Shown in pieces: positions 1 through 8,573 of a stretch of DNA of 32,000 nucleotides. Within the stretch, counting starts at the first letter, position 1; every line of letters starts with the position of its first letter. The notes beneath the pieces are model-generated. The model did no database searches and was not told the origin of the DNA. It was given only the letters and a program-made list of their open reading frames with translations. The translations under genes were made by a program, and so were the position numbers. This DNA comes from Staphylothermus hellenicus DSM 12710 (GTDB lineage Archaea; Thermoproteota; Thermoprotei_A; Sulfolobales; Desulfurococcaceae). The DNA lies in NCBI RefSeq assembly GCF_000092465.1, contig NC_014205.1:60001-92000 (forward strand), in the 5' to 3' direction.

Positions 1-321
1 GAACTAGCAGAGTTGGCTAAAAAGAACTTGGAAAGGACAGGTTATATAGAATATGTTACAGTAATAGTTGGAGATGGTACTAAGGGGTATCCGGAGAAAG
101 CTCCCTATGATAGAATAATAGTCACGGCTGCAGCCCCCGACGTGCCTGAGCCTTTGCTTAAACAATTAAGAATGGGCGGTAAACTAGTTATTCCTGTTGG
201 AGACAGATTTGTACAGAGATTGCTAACTGTTAGGCGTGTCGGGGAAGACGAATATGTTACTAGACATGGTATTGAATGTATGTTTGTTCCATTAATTGGT
301 GAGTATGGTTGGAGAGATTAG
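1..321 (+). CDS. pcm: protein-L-isoaspartate O-methyltransferase, C-terminal fragment (5' end outside window)
   Basis: Frame is open from base 1 (ELAELAKKNLERTG...). YDRIIVTAAAPDVPEPLLKQLRMGGKLVIPVG is the conserved PIMT C-terminal core. TAG stop at 319-321. Confidence 0.85.
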   Translation, partial: ELAELAKKNLERTGYIEYVTVIVGDGTKGYPEKAPYDRIIVTAAAPDVPEPLLKQLRMGGKLVIPVGDRFVQRLLTVRRVGEDEYVTRHGIECMFVPLIGEYGWRD

Positions 322-334
322 AGCATGATCATGT

Positions 335-1387
335 TTAGGAAAACCATGCTTCTAATCCCATCTGCTTGCTTCTTATATGTTCGCGATAAGCTTTAACAAG
401 TCTTTCAACAGCGTTCTTAACTCTTTCCGGGTTGAAATCATGTTCTTCTACTAGAATCTCCCTTATTTTAGACTCATCCGGCTCTTTCCATTCTAGTTTA
501 TAATCTGTTGTTACTGGAGGGTTTAAGAAGTATTCAACTATTTTCTCCGGTTCCACGGGAAATTCTGTTTTCGGTATTGCCTTGAGTATTTTATCCAGTG
601 TTTTATAGGCTTTTACTAGTTGGAGAGCTTTTTTAGGCCCTATACCTTTTACACCGTCGGGATTATAGTCTGTGCCGATCAGTAAAGCTACGTATATTAG
701 TTGTTCTCTTGTTATTCCTAGTTTCTCTAATAGTTTCTTTAACTCTATAATCTCGGGTTTTATTTCTATGTATACGTTTTTCCTAGGTAGTTTTCTCCTA
801 CCAGAAATTGTAAGGTTTCTTATAAGCCTCGGTGATCCAAATAATAAGCTGTCATAGTCTTGTGACGCACTAGCCCATGCATCGCCTTTACCAACAATAT
901 AAGCTGCCTGAGCCTCTCCTTCAGCAACAGCTTGTATCCATGGAATACCCATTGCATCTAATAATTTCTTAGCATCATGTACCATTTCATCCGTTAACTT
1001 TGCAGACATCATAGCATATCTTCGTGCGGCTTCAACATCTCCTCTTCTAAGTGCTTCTTCATATTTTTTAGAAGCATCTTCACGTATTTTTCTACGCTTC
1101 TCTATTTCTCTAGCCTTTATTTCCGGTGGTTTTCCATCGAAGACATATGCGGGCTTGATCCCGTTTTCTAAAATATTTATTGTCCTATAGAATAATCCGC
1201 TTAGATGACTTGTTATTCTACCTTGGCTATCCATTAAAGGTGTTCCATCTGGTTGTCTAATAGCTGTTAAGAACTGATATAATGCATTGTAGCCATCAAT
1301 AACAACTATTCTTCCTCTAAGCATCCTTAGATCTTCTATGACCATCTTTGCTTCTTCAGGAATTAAATCTTTGAGATTAACTCCCAA
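335..1387 (-). CDS. fen: flap endonuclease 1 (FEN-1)
   Basis: 350 aa. [10 protein letters not shown]...[59 protein letters not shown] is the XPG-N/FEN-1 signature. TTG start at 1385-1387, TAA stop. Confidence 0.95.
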   Translation of the reverse strand: MGVNLKDLIPEEAKMVIEDLRMLRGRIVVIDGYNALYQFLTAIRQPDGTPLMDSQGRITSHLSGLFYRTINILENGIKPAYVFDGKPPEIKAREIEKRRKIREDASKKYEEALRRGDVEAARRYAMMSAKLTDEMVHDAKKLLDAMGIPWIQAVAEGEAQAAYIVGKGDAWASASQDYDSLLFGSPRLIRNLTISGRRKLPRKNVYIEIKPEIIELKKLLEKLGITREQLIYVALLIGTDYNPDGVKGIGPKKALQLVKAYKTLDKILKAIPKTEFPVEPEKIVEYFLNPPVTTDYKLEWKEPDESKIREILVEEHDFNPERVKNAVERLVKAYREHIRSKQMGLEAWFS

Positions 1388-1430
1388 GATACTTCACCAA
1401 GAATAAATATTGTTAGTTAATCCATAAAAA

Positions 1431-1682
1431 TTACTGTATGATCCTGCTGAAACCAGGAGATATTTTAACTATTAGATCACGGCCTAATTCCTCAACTCTA
1501 ATAAGTCCCCTTAGTTCTAGTTTAAGCAGTGTCTGGTAGAGTTCTACCTTTGATACTCCATATCCATATTCTTTCTTAATAACATCTATTAGTTCTCTTA
1601 TAGACATACCTGTTGGTTTATTTATTAGTTCTTCTAATATTATCCTGAATAATGGATTGTTCCGCCAAATATTTCTACTCAT
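1431..1682 (-). CDS. small winged-helix DNA-binding protein (putative regulator)
   Basis: The ORF track extends to a TTG at 1715 that lies immediately after a TTTATA box. The ATG at 1682 is preceded by GGTG about 8 nt upstream, so the shorter 83-aa product is preferred. HTH-like segment MSIRELIDVIKKEYGYGVSKVELYQTLLKLELRGLI. Confidence 0.55.
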   Translation of the reverse strand: MSRNIWRNNPLFRIILEELINKPTGMSIRELIDVIKKEYGYGVSKVELYQTLLKLELRGLIRVEELGRDLIVKISPGFSRIIQ

Positions 1683-1758
1683 AATATTACACCTTGGAAA
1701 ACTGTTTTGAAACAATGTATAAATGAAGCGTTATTTTTAGTGTGTGTTCACATAGGAG

Positions 1759-3975
1759 TTATGTATACATAGCGGGCTTTAAATATTCTCTTGGCAATCT
1801 CTGCCTAGCCTTTCTTCCCCATTCCTCATATAGCTTCACAATATCCTGTGTAATTGAAGGTCTTACTTCATTTATTGCTTCTAGGAAATGCCTCATGTAT
1901 ATTTTGTTAATTTCTATATTCTCCTTTAATGCTCTCATAGCTGCTTCTCTAACTAATGCTTCTAAGTCGGCACCACTATATCCTTCAGTTAGCCTGGCAA
2001 TTTCATATAAGTCTACATCCTTGGCAAGCGGCATATTACGTGTATGGATCTTTAAGATTTCTATTCTACCATTTAGATCGGGTGGTGGCACATATATTAA
2101 CTTATCAAATCTACCTGGTCTAAGCAGTGCTGGATCGAGGATGTCTGGTCTATTTGTTGCAGCAATAACTACTACGTTGTTCAACCTATTAATTCCATCC
2201 ATTTCAGTTAATAGCTGACTAACTATTCTCTCAGTCACTCTTGAATCGAAAGCATATCCTCTAGCTGGAGCTATAGCATCTATTTCGTCGAAGAAAATTA
2301 CTGCGGGAGCGTAGAGTCTCGCTTTTCTAAAGATCTCCCTGATCGCTTTTTCTGATTCTCCTACCCATTTGCTTAGTATTTCTGGTCCTCTCACCGCTAT
2401 GAAGTTTGCGCCGCTCTCAGTAGCAACAGCTTTAGCCAACAAGGTCTTACCAGTACCGGGAGGACCATATAATAGGATTCCTCTAGGGGGTTTTATTCCA
2501 AGTCTCTTAAATACTTCTGGATACTTCATAGGCCATTCAACAGCTCTTCTAAGTTCTTGTTTAACATCGTTTAAACCACCGATATCGTCCCATGAAACCT
2601 CTGGTACCTCAACATATATTTCTCTTAGGCCACTAGGCACTATTTCCTTATATGCTGCTAGGAAATCCTCCATTCTAACCTCCATTTTCTCGAGGACTTC
2701 TACAGGGATAGTCTCGCTTTCTAAGTCTATTTCGGGCATATATCTTCTAAGCGCGTGTAGTGCTGCTTCCTTAACCAGCGCAGCGATGTCTGCTCCTGTG
2801 TATCCATGTGTTATTTCCGCTAATTTATTTAGGTCAACATCATTTGCTAAAGGCATTCCACGTGTATGTATTTGTAGGATTTCTAATCTTCCCTGCTTAT
2901 CTGGTAATGGAACTTCTATTTCTCTATCAAATCTTCCCGGTCTCCGTAGTGCTGGGTCTAATGCGTTAGGCCTATTTGTTGCAGCAATTACTATTACGTC
3001 TCCTCGGCTTTCAAGACCATCCATTAATGCTAGAAGCTGTGCTACAACTCTCCGTTCAACTTCTCCCATAACTTCGTCTCTTTTAGGGGCTATAGCATCT
3101 ATTTCGTCTATGAATATTATTGCTGGAGCATTCTTCTTTGCTTGCTCAAATATTTCTCTAAGCCTCTGCTCTGATTCGCCATAGAACTTACTTATTATTT
3201 CGGGGCCGTTGATTGCTATGAAATATGCTTCTGCTTCGTTAGCAACAGCTTTAGCTAACAAGGTCTTACCGGTTCCAGGAGGACCATATAATAGGATTCC
3301 CTTAGGCGGTTCTATTCCGAGTCTTCTAAAGAGCTCTGGGTGTCTTAGCGGTAGCTCTACTAGTTCTCTTACTCGTTGCACAATGTGTTTCATGCCTCCA
3401 ATGTCTTCATATGTTACTCTTGGAACTGCGTGATCCATTGGTCTCTCTAATACTATTATGTTTGTGTTTTTCTTTATTATGACGGGTCCCTTAGGTTTTG
3501 TCAAGATCACTTTAAAGGGTATTGTTTGTCCAAGTATTTGGATAACTACTAGGTCCTCTTCTAATACGGGACGGTTTAGTAGTCTATTTTTAATATATCC
3601 AGTTGTGCCTGGATCTATTGGTGCATAGTATTTTGTAGGGGCTAATTTGACCGTTATTGCTTTCCGAACTTCGTTCTCATCTAGCTTCTCAACTATTACT
3701 TTGTCCCCTATCTTTACACCTGCGTTTTGCCTAGAGAATTTGTCTAGTCTGATAATGCCTAGTCCACGATCTTTCTCGTATCCCTCAACAGCTCTAATAA
3801 CGGTTTTCTTTCTTCCCTCAACAACTAGGATGTCACCGTTTATTATTCCATATCTCTCCATAATTGCTGGATCAACTCTTGCTATTCCCTTACCCACATC
3901 TCTTGGTTCACTCTCAAGAACTCTTAGCGTAATTTTTATTTTGCCGGGTTTATTGCTTGATGTCGATAAGCTCAT
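1759..3975 (-). CDS. cdc48: CDC48/VCP-like AAA+ ATPase (two AAA domains plus N-domain)
   Basis: 738 aa. Two Walker A motifs [20 protein letters not shown], Walker [11 protein letters not shown] and [10 protein letters not shown], second region of homology [18 protein letters not shown]-terminal double-psi barrel type sequence. TAA stop at 1759-1761. Confidence 0.95.
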   Translation of the reverse strand: MSLSTSSNKPGKIKITLRVLESEPRDVGKGIARVDPAIMERYGIINGDILVVEGRKKTVIRAVEGYEKDRGLGIIRLDKFSRQNAGVKIGDKVIVEKLDENEVRKAITVKLAPTKYYAPIDPGTTGYIKNRLLNRPVLEEDLVVIQILGQTIPFKVILTKPKGPVIIKKNTNIIVLERPMDHAVPRVTYEDIGGMKHIVQRVRELVELPLRHPELFRRLGIEPPKGILLYGPPGTGKTLLAKAVANEAEAYFIAINGPEIISKFYGESEQRLREIFEQAKKNAPAIIFIDEIDAIAPKRDEVMGEVERRVVAQLLALMDGLESRGDVIVIAATNRPNALDPALRRPGRFDREIEVPLPDKQGRLEILQIHTRGMPLANDVDLNKLAEITHGYTGADIAALVKEAALHALRRYMPEIDLESETIPVEVLEKMEVRMEDFLAAYKEIVPSGLREIYVEVPEVSWDDIGGLNDVKQELRRAVEWPMKYPEVFKRLGIKPPRGILLYGPPGTGKTLLAKAVATESGANFIAVRGPEILSKWVGESEKAIREIFRKARLYAPAVIFFDEIDAIAPARGYAFDSRVTERIVSQLLTEMDGINRLNNVVVIAATNRPDILDPALLRPGRFDKLIYVPPPDLNGRIEILKIHTRNMPLAKDVDLYEIARLTEGYSGADLEALVREAAMRALKENIEINKIYMRHFLEAINEVRPSITQDIVKLYEEWGRKARQRLPREYLKPAMYT

Positions 3976-4166
3976 AGCTGAAGCACCATGTGTTCGCAGC
4001 TAACTACTAATCCTATTAATCCTACTATCAATATACCCTTAAATAGTGTTGGATAGATTGTTTTTACAGCTACGTTATGATAACTTATATAGGATGGATA
4101 GGAGATGAACAAATAAATATGATCTCATCACGATTATAATGGGTTTGCTGTTCAAAAACATTAATG

Positions 4167-4439
4167 CTAGGTAATTCTATGTACAGCTTCTACTTCTACC
4201 TGGCTTACTCCTTCAACATTCATAACAGTATTTTCCAGTGGTTCTGTTCCGCCCTCTGTTTTCTCGGGCATGAATATGTATAGTCTTAATGCTTTTAATC
4301 CGAAAGCTATTGGTTCTATATCGTATCCTTTTATCTCGTATCCTTCTGGAAGTGCTTTCCGTATTCTCTCCTTCAACTCCTCTAGTTCAATATTTATATC
4401 TTCTGGTAAAATTTTCAATAATACCAGTACTTTAGCCAT
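4167..4439 (-). CDS. ef1b: translation elongation factor aEF-1 beta
   Basis: 90 aa. MAKVLVLLKILPEDINIELEELKERIRKALPEGYEIKGYDIEPIAFGLKALRLYIFMPE... is typical archaeal EF-1beta. TAG stop. Confidence 0.9.
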   Translation of the reverse strand: MAKVLVLLKILPEDINIELEELKERIRKALPEGYEIKGYDIEPIAFGLKALRLYIFMPEKTEGGTEPLENTVMNVEGVSQVEVEAVHRIT

Positions 4440-4451
4440 ACATAGCTCACC

Positions 4452-4667
4452 TCATGGACCGCGGAAGCCACAGTTTGGACAAACATAGGGGACTGATAGT
4501 TTTCTGCACTTCTTACATCTACGAATTATTACTTGGCCACAGTTTGGACATAGAAACTCTGTTCCATGCTCATGTGGAGGAATAACTCTATGGCAACTGC
4601 TACAAACCGGGGGGCTGGCTGCTTCAAGCATCGATATATTGCTTGACAAACTATATTTTGACGCCAT
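4452..4667 (-). CDS. Zn-ribbon protein of the family usually adjacent to aEF-1beta (COG2888-like, putative RNA-binding/translation role)
   Basis: Four CxxC pairs (CSSC, CPNC, CKKC, CPNC) and a C-terminal CGFRGP. It sits directly upstream of ef1b on the same strand. ATG 4667 is preferred (GGTGA 6-7 nt upstream) over GTG 4673; ATG 4631 is also possible. TGA stop. Confidence 0.7.
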   Translation of the reverse strand: MASKYSLSSNISMLEAASPPVCSSCHRVIPPHEHGTEFLCPNCGQVIIRRCKKCRKLSVPYVCPNCGFRGP

Positions 4668-4738
4668 AAACACTCACCATATTAGCTAGTCAATATTCTA
4701 AATCCCCTAATGCTATACCATACAACGTGGATAGGTGC

Positions 4739-4747
4739 TTAAAAATA
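4739..4747 (+). promoter_or_regulatory. TATA-like box (TTAAAAATA) upstream of pth
   Basis: An A/T box lies about 35-40 nt upstream of ATG 4781. This would give a very short or absent leader and supports the 4781 start rather than GTG 4727. Confidence 0.3.
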
Positions 4748-4780
4748 TTCCCGTGGGAGGCGACGTTTTTGTTGAAGAAC

Positions 4781-5134
4781 ATGGAGTATAAACAAGTAAT
4801 AATTGTGAGAACAGATATTAAGATAAGCAAGGGAAAACTAGCTGTACAAGTAGCTCATGCAGCAGTCTCAGCAGCTTTCGAAGCATATAAGAAGAAGAGG
4901 GAATGGTTCCTAGAATGGTGGGCTACTGGCCAGAAAAAAATAGTTGTTAAGGGGGGAGATGAAAAAGATTTATTGAAATATGCTGAAATAGCGAAGAAGA
5001 AAGATTTACCTGTAGCGATAATAAAGGATGCTGGATTAACAGAACTCCCTCCAAACACATTAACAGCTGTGGGAATAGGCCCCGGCCCCTCTAGGAAAAT
5101 CGATGAAATAACCGGTGATCTAAAATTACTCTAG
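4781..5134 (+). CDS. pth: peptidyl-tRNA hydrolase, archaeal type (Pth2)
   Basis: MEYKQVIIVRTDIKISKGKLAVQVAHAAVSA...IKDAGLTELPPNTLTAVGIGP is the Pth2 signature. The ORF track start GTG 4727 adds 18 non-conserved residues; TTG 4769 is a further alternative. TAG stop at 5132-5134. Confidence 0.9.
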   Translation: MEYKQVIIVRTDIKISKGKLAVQVAHAAVSAAFEAYKKKREWFLEWWATGQKKIVVKGGDEKDLLKYAEIAKKKDLPVAIIKDAGLTELPPNTLTAVGIGPGPSRKIDEITGDLKLL

Positions 5135-5157
5135 AAACACCTCCCTGTAAAGAATTC

Positions 5158-6252
5158 ATATATGTTCACCCATTAGATTATGTTTCAGCTACAAAATACT
5201 ACCTAACATGTGCCAAGTTAGATACAAAATACTATCCATCAACAGAAACCTTTATAGTAGAAGAAATAATTGATTGGAAAAAACTAGGTTTTTCAAAAGA
5301 AAACGGTGACTATGCTGTTTTTGAAATAAGAAAAAGAAACATAGATACATTGAAAGCTATAAGAATAATTGCAAAAGATCTGGGTATACCTGAACAAAAC
5401 ATATTATTCCTGGGATTTAAGGATAGAGATTCTAGATCTAAACAGTTCTTTTTCATCAGGAAAAACATCATATATGATCATCTAGTCTATGAGAAAGTAA
5501 TGCATAGAGATTTAGAATACGAGTTTATAGGATATGTGCGTAGAAAGCCTAGAAGAAAAGACCTTATCGGTAACAAGTTCGTATTAATAGTCAAAGATGT
5601 TGATAAAAAAGATCGTGATACAACAGATCACATTATGAATATGATAGTAAGGCATGGATTGCCTTCATATTATGGTTATCAAAGATTTGGGTTGAAGAGA
5701 TTTAATTCTCATTTACTAGGAAAATACCTTCTCACCGGTAGAATCGATCTCTTTATAAGAGAGTTTCTGGAGGGCATATATCCTAGCGAAAGCGATGAAT
5801 CAATATATAACAGGTCTTTTCTCAGGTTCGAGAAACTATTATATGAGAAAATACTTGTTAATGCTGTGGATGTTTTCAAAGCTGTAAATAAAATTAATAG
5901 AATGATTAGAAACATACTCGTTGACGCTTATGCTGCTTTTCTCTATAATCTCTTATTGAATAAGATAGTAGAGGAGAAGGGCTGGATCGGTCTGGATAAA
6001 GTATTGCCTTTGCCTGGTTGTTTTGAGGGAGCAGATTTTTATGGTGACATACTTAGAGTTGAAGGTTTTGATCATAGTGTTATGAAGCATTTGGGTTGTT
6101 GGTATAGAAAGGGATTATTTAGGCCTATCAATACTGGTCTTGTTTTAGTCGGTGATGTTTTAAAAATATCTTTTCTCTTGGAGTCTGGAATGTATGCTTC
6201 AATTATTATGCGGGAGCTCTTCAAAGATAACTTATTATTTACTCGAACCTGA
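5158..6252 (+). CDS. truD: tRNA pseudouridine synthase D (TruD/Pus7-like); true start unresolved
   Basis: GFKDRDSRSKQ (catalytic Asp motif) and YGYQRFG are TruD signatures. The track starts at TTG 5350. The same frame is open from 5119 and encodes conserved-looking N-terminal sequence (HPLDYVSATKYY...YYPSTETFIVEEII...GDYAVFEIRKRNIDT). That stretch has no ATG/GTG/TTG codon. TGA stop at 6250-6252. Confidence 0.8.
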   Translation: MYVHPLDYVSATKYYLTCAKLDTKYYPSTETFIVEEIIDWKKLGFSKENGDYAVFEIRKRNIDTLKAIRIIAKDLGIPEQNILFLGFKDRDSRSKQFFFIRKNIIYDHLVYEKVMHRDLEYEFIGYVRRKPRRKDLIGNKFVLIVKDVDKKDRDTTDHIMNMIVRHGLPSYYGYQRFGLKRFNSHLLGKYLLTGRIDLFIREFLEGIYPSESDESIYNRSFLRFEKLLYEKILVNAVDVFKAVNKINRMIRNILVDAYAAFLYNLLLNKIVEEKGWIGLDKVLPLPGCFEGADFYGDILRVEGFDHSVMKHLGCWYRKGLFRPINTGLVLVGDVLKISFLLESGMYASIIMRELFKDNLLFTRT

Positions 6253-6736
6253 TCCTAACTTTTCTCCCTAATAGCTTTGATAGTAATGATTCATATGCGT
6301 GTTTTCGTCCTCCAATGAATCTATGATCTCTCCTAGAGATTCTAATTATCACTTGCTCGCTTCCATCAGGAAGCCATAGAGTGTTTAAACCTAGTAGTGT
6401 AGCTGGATAAAGTATTTGTTCGACTAATAACTTCTTGTCTCCAGTATCAACTACTACTTTGGATTTTCTATGTAACTTAGCTGATAATGCTTTCGAGATC
6501 TTCTCTATTTCTTCTTTTTCCCAATGATCCCTTACTATAACTATAACCATGCCGTTTACCTCGTATGCTTTGATGTATTCTCCTCTACGCAGCTCTTTCA
6601 TTTCATCTTCAAGTTCCATCATAGCTTTCATGATTGGGATCTCATATTTACCGACGATTCCAGTATCTACTTTTCTCTGACAATTAGGACAGAGTATGCC
6701 GCTTTTAACACATATTTTATCTAGGGGATACTTCAA
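6239..6736 (-). CDS. Zn-ribbon plus KH-like RNA-binding protein (NusA-like paralog); function unverified
   Basis: 165 aa. N-terminal CPNC Zn-ribbon-like motif followed by a KH-like region (LLGLNTLWLPDGSEQVIIRISRRDHRFIGGRKHAYESLLSKLLGRKVRIRF). Its 3' end overlaps truD convergently by 14 nt. Confidence 0.5.
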   Translation of the reverse strand: MKYPLDKICVKSGILCPNCQRKVDTGIVGKYEIPIMKAMMELEDEMKELRRGEYIKAYEVNGMVIVIVRDHWEKEEIEKISKALSAKLHRKSKVVVDTGDKKLLVEQILYPATLLGLNTLWLPDGSEQVIIRISRRDHRFIGGRKHAYESLLSKLLGRKVRIRFE

Positions 6737-6790
6737 CTCTCGCTCATCACCGCATTAATGTTCTTATTAGTCTTTGAATACCTAATGATT

Positions 6791-6804
6791 AAAAGGTTTA
6801 AATA
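6791..6804 (+). promoter_or_regulatory. BRE/TATA-like element AAAAGG-TTTAAATA
   Basis: A purine-rich hexamer is followed by TTTAAATA, about 20-25 nt upstream of the first helix of the GC-rich element at 6821. Confidence 0.35.
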
Positions 6805-6820
6805 AATATATTATACCTAT

Positions 6821-7083
6821 CTCCCTCGGCAACCGGTGCACTAATCATCTATCATTGAGGGGAATAGGTTCTTCATCGGTACTCACTGATCAGTTACCGT
6901 GAGGATCTTCACTCCGCTAGTGCACGGTCTATGTGAGAGGAGGATTCATCATTCAGTATTTATGAAGAGTATAGTATCCATTATATTCTTTATCCTAGTG
7001 ACAGAGTCATTAAGGTGTTTTGAAGGCCGGGAACCCCGCGGCTCATCCTAAGCCTAAACGGCTCTGTTGCCGGGGAGCGGGGG
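6821..7083. ncRNA. candidate structured non-coding RNA (unclassified) or MITE-like element; strand not resolved
   Basis: GC-rich blocks lie in an AT-rich gap. A 12-bp closing helix pairs 6821-6833 with 7066-7077. A 9-bp helix pairs 6834-6843 with 6918-6926. Internal hairpins are at 6877-6899 and 6900-6913. No ORF explains it. All helices are Watson-Crick, so no GU evidence is available to assign the strand. Confidence 0.35.
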
Positions 7084-7096
7084 ACATTGAAAAAGT

Positions 7097-7106
7097 TTAT
7101 TTTTCA
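7097..7106 (+). terminator. T-run (TTTATTTTTC) downstream of the GC-rich element
   Basis: Archaeal terminators are oligo-T tracts, and this one follows the last helix by about 15 nt. It is weak evidence because the surrounding DNA is AT-rich. Confidence 0.25.
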
Positions 7107-7372
7107 GGAATATATGTCTTACCATTTTTGTTTTTCATATACGGCAGGCGTTATCTTTGGTTTACTAGAGTTTTTACCATTGATTTTAAGGATCCAGCTT
7201 ATGTTGTATTGGAGTAGTTCATTAATGTTTTATAGTTTTTCATATAATTTTATTGCTTCATTGATGTAAATATGTTTTTAATGAATATAACATTGTTATA
7301 GAACACTTATAAACCCCTAAAAATATAACAGCGTTTAGGCTAATACGTACATTATCGGCCGGAGGAAAGTGT

Positions 7373-8371
7373 TTGAATACATTATTAATTGTAGGAGTTA
7401 TAGTAGCTGCTCTCCTAGTAGGCGTTGGAGCAGCTATAACATACTATAATAACGCCCCTTCAACAAACATAGGCACAACTACTACACCAAGTGAAACAAC
7501 AACACAACAACCAACACAGACAACCACTACAACTAGCGGATACTCTGGTGCAGACCTATCTGGAACATGGGAAGGCACATTCACTGCTCATGCATGGCAA
7601 GGCTCAGGCGGAACAGGTCATTGGACATGGATTATTCATAGAGTAGGCTCTAACAAGTATGAAGGTGTTTTAAAAACATCAAATGTATATCCTACTGGTG
7701 GATGGATAAATATTGAGGTAACAGTTGACGGTAACCAAATAACTGTTGGTACGGTAGGAAACTATGGTGGTATAGCAGCAGTGGTATTTACCGGTACAGT
7801 GTCAGGTGATGGTTCTCAAGCATCTGGAACATGGCATTTCACAAATGATATGGATAATGGGCAGTGGAGTGGGAGAAAAGTATCTTCCTCAACACAAATA
7901 CCCTCAGAAACAACAACTATACAGACAAGTGCAAGCCAAACTACAACTACACAAAGCGGTACAGGTACTACGACAACCACACAGGTCCCTGGATGCGTAC
8001 CTAATCCGCCTACACAGTACCAGGCAGCGTATCAATCTATGTATCAAGCAGCGGCTACAGTGTTCGGAGAATCAAATCTACAATGCTATTTTCAGGGAAT
8101 AGTTAATACACAATATGTGGTGTCGTTCCATATACAAAACTATAACTCAGAGGAAGCATTTAACTATGCTCAACAATTAAATACAACGTTGACAAGTAAT
8201 GGATGGATAATAGATACACTATTATCATCAGGCAACGAAATACATGTTGGAGGATACTATAATACAACAGTTAACGGCGCACCCACAATGTTCATGGGAC
8301 TATTAACAATACAAATAGAAGACAATGGAACAGTAGACCTAGCAATACAAATTCAACCAGTAACATATTAG
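7373..8371 (+). CDS. membrane-anchored/secreted Thr-rich protein of unknown function
   Basis: 332 aa. TTG start with GGAGG at 7361-7365. N-terminal hydrophobic anchor LLIVGVIVAALLVGVGAAITYY. Two Thr-rich linkers (TTTTPSETTTQQPTQTTTTTSG and SETTTIQTSASQTTTTQSGTGTTTTTQ) separate two globular regions. Confidence 0.7.
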   Translation: MNTLLIVGVIVAALLVGVGAAITYYNNAPSTNIGTTTTPSETTTQQPTQTTTTTSGYSGADLSGTWEGTFTAHAWQGSGGTGHWTWIIHRVGSNKYEGVLKTSNVYPTGGWINIEVTVDGNQITVGTVGNYGGIAAVVFTGTVSGDGSQASGTWHFTNDMDNGQWSGRKVSSSTQIPSETTTIQTSASQTTTTQSGTGTTTTTQVPGCVPNPPTQYQAAYQSMYQAAATVFGESNLQCYFQGIVNTQYVVSFHIQNYNSEEAFNYAQQLNTTLTSNGWIIDTLLSSGNEIHVGGYYNTTVNGAPTMFMGLLTIQIEDNGTVDLAIQIQPVTY

Positions 8372-8573
8372 GATAAAATAAATAAGCATTACTCGTGTTA
8401 GAATCCACATGGATTTGGGAAGCAGGAAGAAAAAATAGTGGTTTTTTGGATTAATAAGCAATATATTCATCATAAGCGTTTTTCTTAGCTGTATTTATTA
8501 AACCTCTACAATATATCTAGGCAAGAATTATTATTACAGTAGAATATAGATCTAGATCTAAATGGAGGAAAAA

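Noticed and set aside
1742-4003. Four forward-strand ORFs (1742-2218, 2369-3184, 3209-3433, 3647-4003) of up to 271 aa.
   Set aside because: They are antisense shadows of the CDC48 gene, with low-complexity Ser/Leu/Ile-rich translations and no motifs. The same applies to other internal or antisense track ORFs: 672-857, 4270-4488, 4855-5058, 5709-5915, 6524-6724, 7806-8102, 8701-8907, 9037-9246, 10904-11374, 11374-11949, 12414-12608, 13748-14116, 14444-14626, 15749-16423, 17127-17408, 17646-18133, 19026-19292, 19466-19648, 20457-20711, 22223-22437, 23027-24304, 24348-24968, 25314-25678, 26219-26539, 29144-29553, 29525-29806, 30906-31338.
6821-7083. Identification of the GC-rich element as SRP (7S) RNA or RNase P RNA.
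   Set aside because: The topology (terminal helix, then a closed multi-hairpin domain) superficially resembles the SRP Alu domain. However, the helix-8 motif (AGGCCCGGAAGGGAGCA-like) is absent and the central part is AT-rich and too short. RNase P CR-I (GAGGAAAGUCC) is absent. An ACAGAG...GGCUUAG string on the reverse strand sits at the wrong end for CR-V.
7034-7087. H/ACA guide RNA reading: lower stem CCCCGC/GCGGGG followed by ACA at 7084-7086.
   Set aside because: The upper stem would be only 3 bp (GCC/GGC). There is no K-turn or K-loop, and the lower stem is shorter than usual. The segment is also used by the stronger 12-bp terminal helix.
7130-7246. 12-nt direct repeat GTTTTTCATATA (7130-7141 and 7235-7246) and repeated TTACCATT.
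   Set aside because: These are short, AT-rich repeats in a promoter-like region, compatible with chance or low complexity. No structure or spacing pattern supports a function.
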